Origin: Haliotis rufescens
Taxonomy: Eukaryota
Assembly: GCF_023055435.1 (NCBI RefSeq)
Contig: NW_025963779.1
Span: 85,126,001-85,190,000 of the forward strand
DNA: 64,000 bases
Direction of reading: 5' to 3'
The notes beneath the pieces are model-generated. The model did no database searches. It saw nothing but the letters and a program-made list of their open reading frames with translations, and was not told the DNA's origin. Position numbers and translations under genes: made by a program. Of the stretch, positions 45,340 through 58,716 are shown piece by piece. Every line of letters begins with the position of its first letter. Position 1 is the stretch's first letter.

Positions 45340-45652
45340 CCGTTAGAAATCGTCACTAGCCCTTTTGTCTTTGCCAAACTCCCTGATAGTTTAGGTATCA
45401 TAAGGACTAGTAGAGATTTGCCCTTTTTAAAGGTTTTACTATATGTTATCATTACAGCTGTAGAAATTAACATTGTAGTCCGCTGGTCCTTATAATGATA
45501 CCATATAGCTAAACCCTTATAAATGACAAATTCCTTCTAGTCTTTATGATACCTTAACAATTGGGCAGCTTGGCAAGGGCTACAGGACTAATGCCAATTT
45601 TTAATGCTACATTATAAGGACTAGTGGACTAAAAGTTGGTTTCTATCACTGT
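45340..45652. mobile_element. Two inverted copies of a short degenerate repeat (MITE-like); related copy at ~39126-39293
   Basis: Shared blocks ttagaaat..cttgccaaact..gtatcataag..ggactagtggact..gtttctat. Confidence 0.5.
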
Positions 45653-47997
45653 TTGTGTTATATATATTGGGCTGGGTTGTGGGCACAGAGTAGCCTTAAG
45701 ATTGGGATTGCTGTTGGTTTGTGGAGATGACGGCACACTGGGTCCACCGGCGCAGTAGGAGTAACTGTGCTGACCTCCCCTGAGTCTCTGTAATGATGAC
45801 TGTCCTGGTTGATACTACCATGTCCACAGTGCTTTTGACTGATGTGATACATCTCTGAAATAAAACTCTTTGAAACGTGTATATACAATGAAACCACATG
45901 ACTTTGAGAGCTGTTCATATAGATGTGCATGTGTGATGATGATAGAGAGTTTAGTTTCAGGAACTGTTTTCTAGAGAGTGCTATTCACTAGTGCTGTTCA
46001 CCATTCACCTTATCCAGGGATAGTCGTCACAATGATATTTACTTTTCAGACTTCAGATTTCAATAGCTTTACCATCATATAGTAAATTAATATTTCCCTA
46101 AGAAAATAGTATTTTTCGATATATGTGCTTGAAGTATGTATGTGTAAGTATTACTTGAAACGATTTGCCTGTTATGACAAAGTTTGGCTTTAATTGGTTT
46201 AAATTTGACATTTATGAATTTGAAATTGATGCAAAACTGTCAAGGCCCAAAGAATGGCAGTGTTGTTATCTTATAAGTAAACATGTGGAGGCTATAGACA
46301 TGTAATATTATACATGCTTAGGCACAGATAATGTACTCCACAAGTATTCCATTGAATTTGTGTAAATACCTCCACCCGCTAGTTGACTAAGTGAATACAT
46401 CAAGCAGTGAAATCCACTGAAAAATGTACGGCTTCGTTCAATGCCGGGACGTATGATGATATGGTGCATCAAACCTTGCTACCCATTGTGAACGTTTTGG
46501 TCTGAGTGTTGAAAGCAACAATCTTTTACCATGAAATGAATCTCTGCAGACACTTATGTTGGTCTGCCAGTTACTAGGTGTTCTAGTCCTTTATCAGTGT
46601 TTTGCATTTGGGCCACTAGAAAAGTCTCAAAGTTCAACCCATGTGCTGAAGTACTCTTCAGCAATGTTTAAATTATGAAAACACTCTCTGAAAAACTGAA
46701 ATATTTCTATCTTTTCATTGGTTACATAGTTGCTCATTTATAATAACTGGCAGATTGTGTTTAATTTCTATTTACACAAGCTGGATTTTCTTTTAGAAAA
46801 TACATGAATTTTAGTTATTTTTTTATGTCTCTTGGGAAGTACTGGTTTATTTTGAAATATGTGGTTTCATATTTACCACTTGTGTTCACTACAACATGCT
46901 TAGCAATCAATTGTTTGCCTTCATTCAGAAAACATATCCATGGCATAACTTCACTTGTCTTGAGGTCGATGAAATGGGAATAGTAGACACTCAATCACAT
47001 CACCACATTGACATGAATATCAGGCACACTTTGAATCATCGCAACTTAATGTTTATGATCAGTAGAATAACATTTGTAGATATAGGATGTCCGTGACAAT
47101 TCATGTACATATCAATGCTCCTTACGTCTCAGATTTATAAATGTACTTAATAATTGATTGAACTATAATAGAATATTCTGGTATTATTCTTGTGTGAAAG
47201 ATATTGAGATTTTAAAACACCTTTTTTTTAAAAAATATGATTATGTTTACCAAAACTTACTATTTCAGTACTTAGGATTTACATTCTTTCCTTCCAAGTC
47301 AGCAATAATAGTAATTTATTAGCCATCTCTCAGACATGCGGTATGTATAAATTATGCTGTACAAATGTTTGCAACTCTGTAACGATGGTAACATGTATAT
47401 TGTGTCCCTGCCTTATGTATTGTGAAGATCGTGTAAGATAATCTGTATTCAACACTGAGGTGTGGGGTATTATTTTTGTCCTTAACCCTATACACATTGT
47501 GGTATCGAATCACAGAAAACAATGTCACTACATATTATTAAACAGCCTTTATTCTTCACTAGTGGTCAACATGTCTTATCTTACTCCTTTGATGGTTGTC
47601 TGCCCTTTTCTTTTCTTGAAATTGTGCTTCTGATTCCGTTGAACCTGTACCTGCATTGTCATCCTGGATCCTCAATGGCGTTGTGCCAGTGAATGCAGAT
47701 ATGGGATAATAACTTAACCAAAAAAATGGCCTCAAGCTGGCAATATTAAAGGTGCAAGATCAAGGCTCTGTTATACATATTGTCTTCTATTGCCCTTTGG
47801 CATTTTCTGATTTGTCTAAACATGCAGGCTGTGTGCTGAAGCTTCATTTGATGGGTAATTTAGCGTTTGTAAAGATTGTCGGCAGTCTTTTTGCAGATTG
47901 TTTTTATAATAATCAAATGGATCTATCAACGCTGATACTCATTGCCAGTTCCTTTATTCCTGGATACCTTTACACAGCGTGAAGTAATAAACATCAT

Positions 47998-48098
47998 ATT
48001 CTACTCAATAGAAGGTAAGGAACACCCAATAGTTAATCTGTCATTGCACCACACAGCCTTCCAAATGTGGGTGTTCCTTTATTTGTCTTGAGTAGTAT
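47998..48098. mobile_element. Mini Tc1-like MITE
   Basis: ctactcaa..taaggaacaccca mirrored by tgggtgttcctt..ttgagtag, TA flanks. Confidence 0.6.
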
Positions 48099-49227
48099 AT
48101 TTTGTTCAAAACAACTCCCAATTTTGCATCTTTAATATGACAAGTTGACGTCACAGTCCACTACAGTGAAGGGTTATATAGGACAGTTTAATTTGATAGA
48201 TCCATTACTTAGCAACACTTAATTAAATATGAGACAATTATGTTTCAGGCAATAGGCAAATTCTTAGACTGGTCACTAGTGTGGGCCTGACTTTTGTCAG
48301 CAGTTGCCTGTGCAGTAGACTTAATGCAATACTTAACTGGTACCAGCTGACTGGAACATACAGGTAATTGCACTATCAATGGAGAATAATTCCATGCAAA
48401 GTTTCGAAGGATAAATAGCCCACACCACTACACTCAACACCAAGGTGAATGTTAATTATGCTAATGAGATGGTAATTTAGGATGACATATGCTGTGATTG
48501 GATGACTCCTACAGTGACACTACATGCATTAACAGGCGAAGACCATTTAATATACATGAGTAATACTGACATCTGGATATGACCAACATTTCAAACACTG
48601 ATGCTAGGCTAAAGCAGCCAAGGGACTTAATGCAAGGCCCATGTCAGGAGCTGTGTAGTGCGGCCATTGTTGCCAGTTGTCAACACAAGCTATGCTAGTG
48701 GTTGTATATCTTCAGGGAAGTCTGTTCCATTATTGATTGTGTCTAAAGTTAATGGAATTACATTAATTATATGTAGTTAGGCCAGGATTACTTAAGTCAA
48801 CCCTATCAGTGTTTTGTGTGCTGGAGGTGAAAATGTTACTCTACAGATTAATGGCCACCATACACCACAGGAACCAACTAATAGACCAGATTTGTTCTAA
48901 TTAGATTTGTGTTTGTGAAGTCTAAATCATGATGTACATAGAATCTCATTCTGGAATGGGTAATGTGATTTCAATACAATGAATTGAATACTTATTCAAT
49001 GAATAGGAAATCTATGATTTTTAATATTTCACGCTGACCTTATTTCAAATTATTTGAAAGTGTTCTAATAGTGTTATTCAATCTCAGTTACCACTGTGAT
49101 AAGTGGAATAAGATCAGTTATATACAAGTCCAGGGGATCTAGATTGTGTGTTTCTGTGGCTTACATTTAAAAAAAAACTAAAGTGGGTGTTTGATCACTG
49201 AGTATTGATTTGAATGTTATGACAACT

Positions 49228-49447
49228 GGGGGGCACGGGTGGCCCACCTGTGATTGTAGGTTCGAATCCTGGTTCGCCCCGATTATGTTTCAAGGTTTGT
49301 CAGCACCATACCCCTGCTTGTGGGTTTCACCGAAGTGGTAAACGTCTAAGACATGCATCATTTCGGGCTTTCCTCCCACATTATGCTGACACCTGGTGAT
49401 ATAACTGGAATACTGTTAATAGCTGCGTTAAACCCAACTCACTCACT
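49228..49447 (+). mobile_element. SINE family C with a deletion in the head
   Basis: Colinear with 3574-3858 apart from the missing inter-box segment. Confidence 0.88.
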
Positions 49448-50640
49448 TTGAAAAATGTGAAGGAAACATGACAACTGTGAAGGAAAACAATAGAGGTGTG
49501 GTGCAAGAGTTTGTCACCCCCTTTGTGTGGCTACTTGTCGCTGTGCTGCTATGTTTTCAATTCTCTGCCCAGTTAGACACTGTGGAAAGCCATGATATAG
49601 CTGAAATACTGCTGACTCAAAACATCTCTTTCAAGCTTCTCTGAGATTCTAGAAATACCGGCAAAGCTCAATGAATTTGAAATTCACTCATTTGTACTTG
49701 TAGCGTATGTGTCATCAATTCAATATGATATGGGCTAAAATCAGGCTGATGATGTCTGAAAGTGTCCTTTGAACATGTTGTAAATACGGAGATGATTTTC
49801 GACTGCATCTTTCCGAGTAGCAGTAATTAGGTTTGATAGGGCAGTGACCTGACATTATAATGTAGGGTTAATTAATGACTCACTAATTGAGGCACTTTAG
49901 GACTAACGACTTGAGGAGACCAACTGGGTAACTGAATGCCTGCACTAATTGCTGCATTAAAGCACAAACGCCAGTCAAGTCAAGCTTCCCATATACAGGA
50001 ATAGTAATATGCTGCTTCTAGCTGTCTTATTTCCCAAACAAGCTTTTTATTTTGGCTTTGGTGTCCCTAGGATATTTGTTGAATATTTTTTGTTATGAAT
50101 GATGGCAAAATACAATTATTTATTCCCTTAATGTCCTACTTCAGAAGTTGGTCTTATTGCAGTGATGCTTCTTGGTCTATCACTGAACTTGTAGATTGCT
50201 ATTGTACTGATGTAATGGAAGGGATGATCAGATATTGATTCTCAGTCACTCTGGTGAATCTTACCAGGATATGATATGGCTAGGATAAAGTTTGAAGGGC
50301 AGAAACCTAACTCACTCAATCACACTTGAATACTGAAACAGGCTATGGCTATATCGTAGTTAGGCAATATCTAGAGAGATGGCCATTCTATAGGGTGTTC
50401 TGTAACACCTCCACAAGGCTCCTCTCCCCCCACACACTAAATGTCACAACTATTCCTGTCTCAGGCATGGGGGTTGTCTGGGTTCCATATACTACCTACT
50501 TCTTCTAATGTCCAGTTGTAGCACTTATGTCATCTTCACTCACCAAATTTTGGAACATATTTTTGCTAAATAAAAACGTAGTGAACTACACAGTCTGGTT
50601 TGTGTTTTCTTTTATGGTCCCTGGAACATTGTCTCTAATG

Positions 50641-50886
50641 GGGTGGTCAGGTAGCCTGGTGGTTAAAAAGCCTTCGCTCCTAAGCCTGGAAGACCTGGTT
50701 CGATTCCCAACAGGGGGCCAATGTGTGATGCCCATTTCTGGTGTGATATTGCTGGAATATTGGTAAAAGCGGCATAAAACCATACTCACTCACTCACTTA
50801 TGTCTAAAGTAGTAATTTCTGGTGTCCCCCACTGTGATATTGCTGGAATATTGGTAAAATCGGCATAAAACCAAACTCTCTCACTC
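50641..50886 (+). mobile_element. Two adjacent SINE family B copies (second is 5'-truncated)
   Basis: 50641-50798, and 50815-50886 with TSD tctaaagtagta. Confidence 0.85.
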
Positions 50887-51166
50887 TCTAAAGTAGTATT
50901 TCATTTGAAAAGTATGTTTTGATACAACATTTGGGTCTATCTGGCAATTCCATGTCAACCGTTTGATGCTATTTTTATCATGCACTTAGGTAACAATGTT
51001 CGAAAACAATCTGTAGGGATATGGCTGGGTAAAACGCACTCATTGTCCCCGGAGGTTCACTTGTTAGATAGTGCAAGTAAACCGGGCCAGCCCACCAGGG
51101 AAGGTGCAGCGTTCATAATGTGTTCTGTCAAATTGATGACATGTTGAAGGATATTGAGCAAAGCTT

Positions 51167-51337
51167 CGTTTGTTTGGTTGGATGTTGTTTAACGCCACAC
51201 TATATACCAGCAATATGACAGACGGTCTGTAAATAATCGAGTCTGGACCAGACAATCCAATCCATCTGACCACCCGATTCATTTTCTCGCCTTCTTACGA
51301 CAAGCATTGGATGCTGGGGACCCAAATCCCCACGGGT
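51167..51337 (-). mobile_element. Diverged SINE family A copy
   Basis: gtctggaccagacaatcc...cttacgacaagc...ggggacccaaatccccacgggt. Confidence 0.8.
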
Positions 51338-51496
51338 CTTGGTCACAGCTCAAGTGGGATGTTCCTTACAGAAATGTTTGACTGGTTGATTATGAAAGCA
51401 CCAGGATAAAGTTGGAGTTGAGATTTCTTCTGTTCCACTGTTGCTAAAAAGCGGCGTAAAACCATACTCACTCACTGTCACGTTATAACATGTTTT

Positions 51497-51692
51497 ACGG
51501 GTGTCTCAGTCATTTTGCCGTGCAGAGTTGCATCCCTTAGGCGTAACAGAAACTAATGATGGCGGGTTCGAATCCCAGATTCGCCCTGTTTATGTCTCTA
51601 GGTTTATCAATACCATACCCGTGCTCGTGGGTTCCACGAAATTTGTAGAAGACCTTTCCTCCCAAATCAAGCTGACACGCTGTGATGTAACA
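51497..51692 (+). mobile_element. Diverged SINE family C copy
   Basis: gtgcagagttgcatccctt...gggttcgaatccc...tcaagctgacacgc. Confidence 0.75.
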
Positions 51693-52744
51693 TCCACATG
51701 CTCACTCATCCATTTGTTCACACGTACACACACTACAATGTAAATAGCTTCAGTTGCCGCAGGTCTCCGTATAGTGTATGTCTCCCGCCATTGCACAGAC
51801 AAAGCCGTACTCTTGGGAACATGTCCCGTCGTCACTGCCGCTGCTAACATCGCCGTCGGCGGATCCACTAAAGTCGACGTTATGACATGCAGACGTCTCC
51901 TACGAGAGCCCAACGACTCGACGATAATTAACATCGATTGGTTAAACCCTTCCTCCAACGAGAGTCGGGGTCAGTTTTCATTGTGTAATATTTAGCCAAA
52001 TTACCACCGCCTCCCTGCGTAATTCGACACACGGAATTAGGTGCCCTGTAACCGCTGGTTGAAGTGGAGAGGTCAAATTCAAATGGTTATACATGTGCTG
52101 CTTTTTATTTGAAGCCACGAAGGGGTAAAACTGATTTAAAGTCAGAGATTTGTAAGAGAAGTATTATGTAGTTTGGAAAATGACGTTTTCGTCCAAGAAC
52201 GCCTTGAAATTAACCAATGTTTCTTCATAAGGCACATTTTACGAAGACAGGACGACAAAGGACCTTGAGAAGTTACGAGTGGGTTATTCCCACCCCCATT
52301 TTAAGCAGAGAACCGTATCGATTTTATAGTTTAACACCGTATATTTTACCAATTATCTCCAATCTCTAAACCCAAGTCCGCGGACTCGTTAATCAACCGG
52401 TTTCCAGATACAGGCAAATATATAATGGCACACATTATATTGACGGCAGTTCCCAAACCGCGTACGGCAAAGTGCACTTGTAACAAAAGACTGACTCAAA
52501 CATTACGTGGGGGGACTAACATGAACGACGGGCACCTGCTACATGGAGGAACGTGCTCCATACATTACCGGCCATCGCGGCGCCCTGATTCGTTAACCAA
52601 GGCGGCAATATATAATGCACTTTGAACATAACTTTGTATGTGGCCCACCATGTGTTTTATTGTGTTTAGTACATAGTGTCTTGATCGTAGATTGATGGTT
52701 ATACTGTCTTGTGCCGTCTCCCTGATCTCATTTCGCGCATCAAA

Positions 52745-53692
52745 CATGTCACACATTCAAATGTCACATCATGCATGTCACACATTCAAATGTCACATCA
52801 TAAAGTCACACATTTAACTGTCACATATATGTCACACATTCAAATGTCACATCATACATGTCACACATCCAAATGTCACATCATTCATGCCACACATTCA
52901 AATGTCACATCATACATGTCGACCATTCAACTGTCACATCATACATGTCACACATTCAAATGTCACATCATGCATGTCACATCATACAAGTCACATTCAA
53001 CTGTCCTATCATACATGTCACACATTCAAATGTCACATCATACATGTCACACATTCAACTGACACATCATACATGCCCCACATACAAATGTCACATCATA
53101 CATGTCACATTCAACTGTCACATCATACATGCCACACGGGTCCGACCGCCTCCGTGGTCTAGTGGTAGACCGTCCGCCCGGAGAGCGGAAGGTCTGGGGT
53201 TCGATCCCCGGCCGCGTCATACCAAAAGACGTTAAAAGATGGTACTTGTTACCCTGTCTGGCGCTCGGCATTAAGGGGCTAAAACAAAGACTGGTCGGCT
53301 CGGAGTCAGTATACTGTGTCTGAGTGGGGTATTCATGTTAAACTGCAGCATGGTATCTCAGTGAGCTAGCACTATAATTCGGCATCAGTCCGGACTAGTA
53401 CAAGCAGCCACACAAACACACACACGTACATGCACGTTCGCTATATAAGTGCAATAATTTGGACGCGACGTTAAACCCCATTTCACCTCACCTCATATAT
53501 GGGTCACATTCAAATATCACCTTAATATAGGTCACAAATACAAATGTCACATCATAGGTCGCATTCCTCAAAAGTCACATCATATCGTTGACACATTCAA
53601 ATAGTTCGTCAAGGGTCACATGCGAACGTCACATAATGATCATAGGTCATAATCGTATCACACGTCATCATATGAATGTCACGTGAGTCACA
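52745..53692. repeat. Degenerate ~29-bp minisatellite interrupted by a SINE
   Basis: Unit catgtcacacattcaaatgtcacatcata. Confidence 0.9.
53141..53494 (+). mobile_element. tRNA-derived SINE family D, V-domain-like
   Basis: A box tggtctagtgg, B box ggttcgatccc, then cataccaaaagac..aaaagatggtac..tggcgctcggcattaagggg (resembles the V-SINE core as I recall it). Tail gacgttaaacc..(cacct)n. Confidence 0.8.
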
Positions 53693-53720
53693 TTCTCCCT
53701 CAGCCCGATCTTGCCACATC

Positions 53721-55524
53721 CTGCCTTGACACAAGCTATAACCACGTCCTGCTTTGGCGATGTTTAACCCATATACTGCCTTGACACAAGCTATAACCAC
53801 GTCCTGCTTTGGTGATGTTTAACCAATATACTGCCTTGACACAAGCTATAACCATGTCCTGCTTTGGTGATGTTTAACCCATATACTGCCTTGACACAAG
53901 CTATAACCACGTCCTGCTTAGGTGATGTTTAACCATATACTGCCTTGACACAAGCTATAACCACGTCCTGCTTTGGCGATGTTTAACCAATATACTGCCT
54001 TGACACAAGCTATAACCATGTCCTGCTTTGGCGATGTTTAACCCATATACTACCTTGACACAAGCTATAACCACGTCCTGCTTTGGTGATGTTTAATCCA
54101 TATACTGCCTTGACACAAGCTATAACCACGTCCTGCTTTGGTGATGTTTAACCATATACTGCCTTGACACAAGCTATAACCACGTCCGGCTTTGGTGATG
54201 TTTAACCAATATACTGCCTTGACACAAGCTATAACCATGTCCTGCTTTGGTGATGTTAAATCCATATACTGCCTTGACACAAGCTATAACCACGTCCTGC
54301 TTTGGTGATGTTTAACCATATACTGCCTTGACACAAGCTATAATCACGTCCTGCTTTGGTGATGTTTAACCATATACTGCCTTGACACAAGCTATAACCA
54401 CGTCCTGCTTTGGTGATGTTTAACCATATACTGCCTTGACACAAGCTATAACCACGTCCTGCTTTGGCGATGTTTAACCAATATACTGCCTTGACACAAG
54501 CTATAACCATGTCCTGCTTTGGCGATGTTTAACCCATATACTGCCTTGACACAAGCTATAACCACGTCCTGCTTTGGTGATGTTTAATCCATATACTGCC
54601 TTGACACAAGCTATAACCACGTCCTGCTTTGGTGATGTTTAACCATATACTGCCTTGACACAAGCTATAACCACGTCCTGCTTTGGTGATGTTTAATCCA
54701 TATACTGCCTTGACACAAGCTATAACCACGTCCTGCTTTGGTGATGTTTAACCATATACTGCCTTGACACAAGCTATAACCACGTCCTGCTTTGGTGATG
54801 TTTAACCAATATACTGCCTTGACACAAGCTATAACCACGTCCTGCTTTGGTGATGTTTAACCCATATACTGCCTTGACACAAGCTATAACCATGTCCTGC
54901 TTTGGTGATGTTTAACCCATATACTGCCTTGACACAAGCTATAACCACGTCCTGCTTTGGCGATGTTTAACCCATATACTGCCTTGACACAAGCTATAAC
55001 CAGGTCCTGCTTTGGCGATGTTTAACCCATATACTGACTTGACACAAGCTATAACCACGTCCTGCTTTGGTGATGTTTAACCCATATACTCCCTTGACAC
55101 AAGCTATAACCACGTCCTGCTTTGGTGATGTTTAACCCATATACTACCTTGACACAAGCTATAACCACGTCCTGCTTTGGCGATGTTTAACCCATATACT
55201 ACCTTGACACAAGCTATAACCACGTCCTGCTTTGGTGATGTTTAACCATATACCGCCTTGACACAAGCTATAACCACGTCCTGCTTTGGTGATGTTTAAC
55301 CCATATACTGCCTTGACACAAGCTATAACAACGTCCTGCTTTGGTGATGTTTAACCCATATACTACCTTGACACAAGCTATAACCATGTCCTGCTTTGGT
55401 GATGTTTAACCCATATACTGCCTTGACACAAGCTATAAGCACGTCCTGCTTTGGTGATGTTTAACCCATATACTGCCTTGACACAAGCTATAAGCACGTC
55501 CTGCTTTGGAGATGTTTAACCCGT
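53721..55524. repeat. 55-bp (54/55) minisatellite, ~33 copies
   Basis: Unit ccatatactgccttgacacaagctataaccacgtcctgctttggtgatgtttaac. Confidence 0.97.
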
Positions 55525-55991
55525 ACACGTCAATATTGTGGTACTATTCTGTACAGTATATAAGTCTCACACGTCAATATTGTGGTAATATTCTGTACAG
55601 TATATAAGTCTCACACGTCAATATTGAGGTAATATTCTGTACAGTATATAAGTTTCACGTCAATATTGTGGTAATATTCTGTACAGTATATAAGTCTCAC
55701 ACGTCAATGTTGTGGTAATATTCTGTACGGTATATAAGTCTCACACGTCAATATTGTGGTAATATTCTGTACAGTATATAAGTCTCACACGTCAATATTG
55801 TGGTAATATTCTGTACAGTATTTAAGTCTCACACGTCAATATTGTGGTAATATTCTGTACGGTATATAAGTCTCACACGTCAATATTGTGGTAATATTCT
55901 GTACAGTATATAAGTCTCACACGTCAATATTGTGGTAATATTCTGTACAGTATATAAGTCTCACACGTCAATATTGTGGTAATATTCTGTA
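55525..55991. repeat. 44-bp minisatellite, ~10.5 copies
   Basis: Unit cacgtcaatattgtggtaatattctgtacagtatataagtctca. Confidence 0.97.
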
Positions 55992-56555
55992 GAGTCATCC
56001 GCGTTTCACATGCCATCATTGTGTTGATATTCTGTAACAACGCACTGGAAAACTTTCGTTGTAATAATTATATAGTCAATGCCGAGTGCTACGTCCTTGT
56101 TTATATTCGCACTGTCTGCAAAAGGAGATCAATGTTTGCTTCAAGTGTTGGAGATACGTACACTTTCGGTTAATGAACTTGACAAGTAGAAAATTTCTAC
56201 ATATCTGTTGTCATAGTTTCCTGTTGATTTCATCGCACAATGTCACGGAAGGTTCAACCGGCGGTCGCCATATGTTTATGAAGATGACATGAATATGCAC
56301 ACAATGTTATTTCTAGTGATTCATAATCGCATTACGACCCCGCGTTGTCCTGACAGATCATGTTTCATCGCTAAAACAAAATCGTTTCCTCAGATGGTGG
56401 CTTCAATTTAAACACGGTTGGACAAGAAATGCAAGGTAATAATGTATCTGATATAGGGTAAATGGTAACATGGTCATGATGGAGTGCATGAAGTTATAAT
56501 TAACAAATTAGTTTCAGTTTATGTGTAACCTACCTTGTGGTCGGCTACTATTCTA

Positions 56556-58545
56556 GCTCAAGTGTAAACTGCGTTGTGTGTGACTACTGGCTCACGTGTA
56601 AACTACGTTGTGTGTGACTACTGGCTCACGTGTAAAGTACGTTGTGTGTGACTACTGGCTCACGTGTAAAGTACGTTGTGTGTGACTACTGGCTCACGTG
56701 TAAATGCGTTGTGTGTGACTATACTGGCTCCCGTGTAAACAACGTTGTGTTTGACTATACTGGCTCCCGTGTAAACTACGTTGTGTGTGAATGCTGGCTC
56801 ACGTGTAAACAACTTTGTGTGTGAATGCTGTCTCACGGGTAAACTACGTTGTGTGTGACTACTGGCTCACGTGTAAAGTACGTTGTGCATGACTACTGGC
56901 TCACGTGTAAAGTACGTTGTGTGTGACTACTGGCTCACGTGTAAATGCGTTGTGTGTGACTATACTGGCTCACGTGTAAACAACGTTGTGTTTGACTATA
57001 CTGGCTCCCGTGTAAACTACGTTGTGTGTGAATGCTGGCTCACGTGTAAACAACTTTGTGTGTGAATGCTGTCTCACGGGTAAACTACGTTGTGTGTGAC
57101 TACTGGCTCACGTGTAAACTACGTTGTGTGTGACTACTGGCTCACGTGTAAAGTACGTTGTGTGTGACTACTGGCTCACGTGTAAACTACGTTGTGTGTG
57201 AATGCTGGCTCACGTGTAAACTACGTTGTGTGTGAATGCTGGCTCACGTGTAAAGTGCGTTGTGTGTGACTACTGGCTCACGTGTAAACAACTTTGTGCG
57301 TGACTACTGGCTCACGTGTAAACTACGTTGTGTGTGAATGCTGGCTCACGTGTAAACTACGTTGTGTGTGACTACTGGCTCACGTGTAAACTACGTTGTG
57401 TGTGAATGCTGGCTCACGTGTAAACTACGTTGTGTGTGAATGCTGGCTCACGTGTAAAGTGCGTTGTGTGTGACTACTGGCTCACGTGTAAACAACTTTG
57501 TGCGTGACTACTGGCTCACGTGTAAACTACGTTGTGTGTGAATGCTGGCTCACGTGTAAACTACGTTGTGTGTGACTACTGGCTCACGTGTAAACTACGT
57601 TGTGTGTGACTACTGGCTCACGCGTAAACTACGTTGTGTGTGAATGCTGGCTCACGTGTAAACTACGTTGTGTGTGAATGCTGGCTCACGTGTAAAGTGC
57701 GTTGTGTGTGACTACTGGCTCACGTGTAAACAACTTTGTGCGTGACTACTGGCTCACGTGTAAACTACGTTGTGTGTGAATGCTGGCTCACGTGTAAACT
57801 ACGTTGTGTGTGACTACTGGCTCACGTGTAAACTACGTTGTGTGTGAATGCTGGCTCACGTGTAAACTACGTTGTGTGTGAATGCTGGCTCACGTGTAAA
57901 GTGCGTTGTGTGTGACTACTGGCTCACGTGTAAACAACTTTGTGCGTGACTACTGGCTCACGTGTAAACTACGTTGTGTGTGAATGCTGGTTCACGTGTA
58001 AACTACGTTGTGTGTGACTACTGGCTCACGTGTAAACTACGTTGTGTGTGACTACTGGCTCACGCGTAAACTACGTTGTGTGTGAATGCTGGCTCACGTG
58101 TAAAGTAGGTTGTATGTGACTACTGGCTCACGCGTAAACTACGTTGTGTGTGAATGCTGGCTCACGTGTAAACTACGTTGTGTGTGACTACTGGCTCACG
58201 TGTAAACTACGTTGTGTGTGACTACTGGCTCACGTATAAACTACGTTGTGTGTGACTACTGGCTCACGCGTAAACTACGTTGTGTGTGACTACTGGCTCA
58301 CGTGTAAACTACGTTGTGTGTGAATGCTGGCTCACGGGTAAACTACGTTGTGTGTGACTACTGGCTCACGTGTTAAGTACGTTGTGTGTGACTACTGGCT
58401 CACGTGTAAACAACTTTGTGTGTGACTACTGGCTCACGTGTAAACTACGTTGTGTGTGACTACTGGCTCACGTGTAAACTACGTTGCGTGTGACTACTGG
58501 CTCACGTGTAAACTACGTTGTGTGTGACTACTGGCTCACGTGTAC
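56556..58545. repeat. 34-bp minisatellite, ~58 copies, with higher-order structure
   Basis: Unit ctggctcacgtgtaaactacgttgtgtgtgacta. Confidence 0.97.
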
Positions 58546-58611
58546 ACTTCCTTGGATCTGACTACAACCACATGTGTAAACTGCGCATTTTGGGACTACT
58601 AAACTTCCTTC

Positions 58612-58716
58612 CAGCCAGGATTCGAACCCATGATCACAGGTTTCTGGCGTGCCCATGGGACACAACTCTGCACAGCGAATTGCGGCGCCTTAGACGACGG
58701 GGCCACCCGTGCCCTC
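58612..58716 (-). mobile_element. SINE family C head only
   Basis: ggattcgaacccatgatcacaggtttctggcgtgccc...ggccacccgtgccc. Confidence 0.85.

Noticed and set aside
51590-51995. 122-aa minus-strand ORF / CpG-richer patch as an exon
   Set aside because: No recognisable homology, partly overlaps a SINE, and no convincing splice pair. An exon or regulatory element cannot be excluded.
53721-55524. Common origin of the 55-bp and 32-bp satellites (shared acaagcta)
   Set aside because: Only an 8-10-nt word is shared, compatible with chance.
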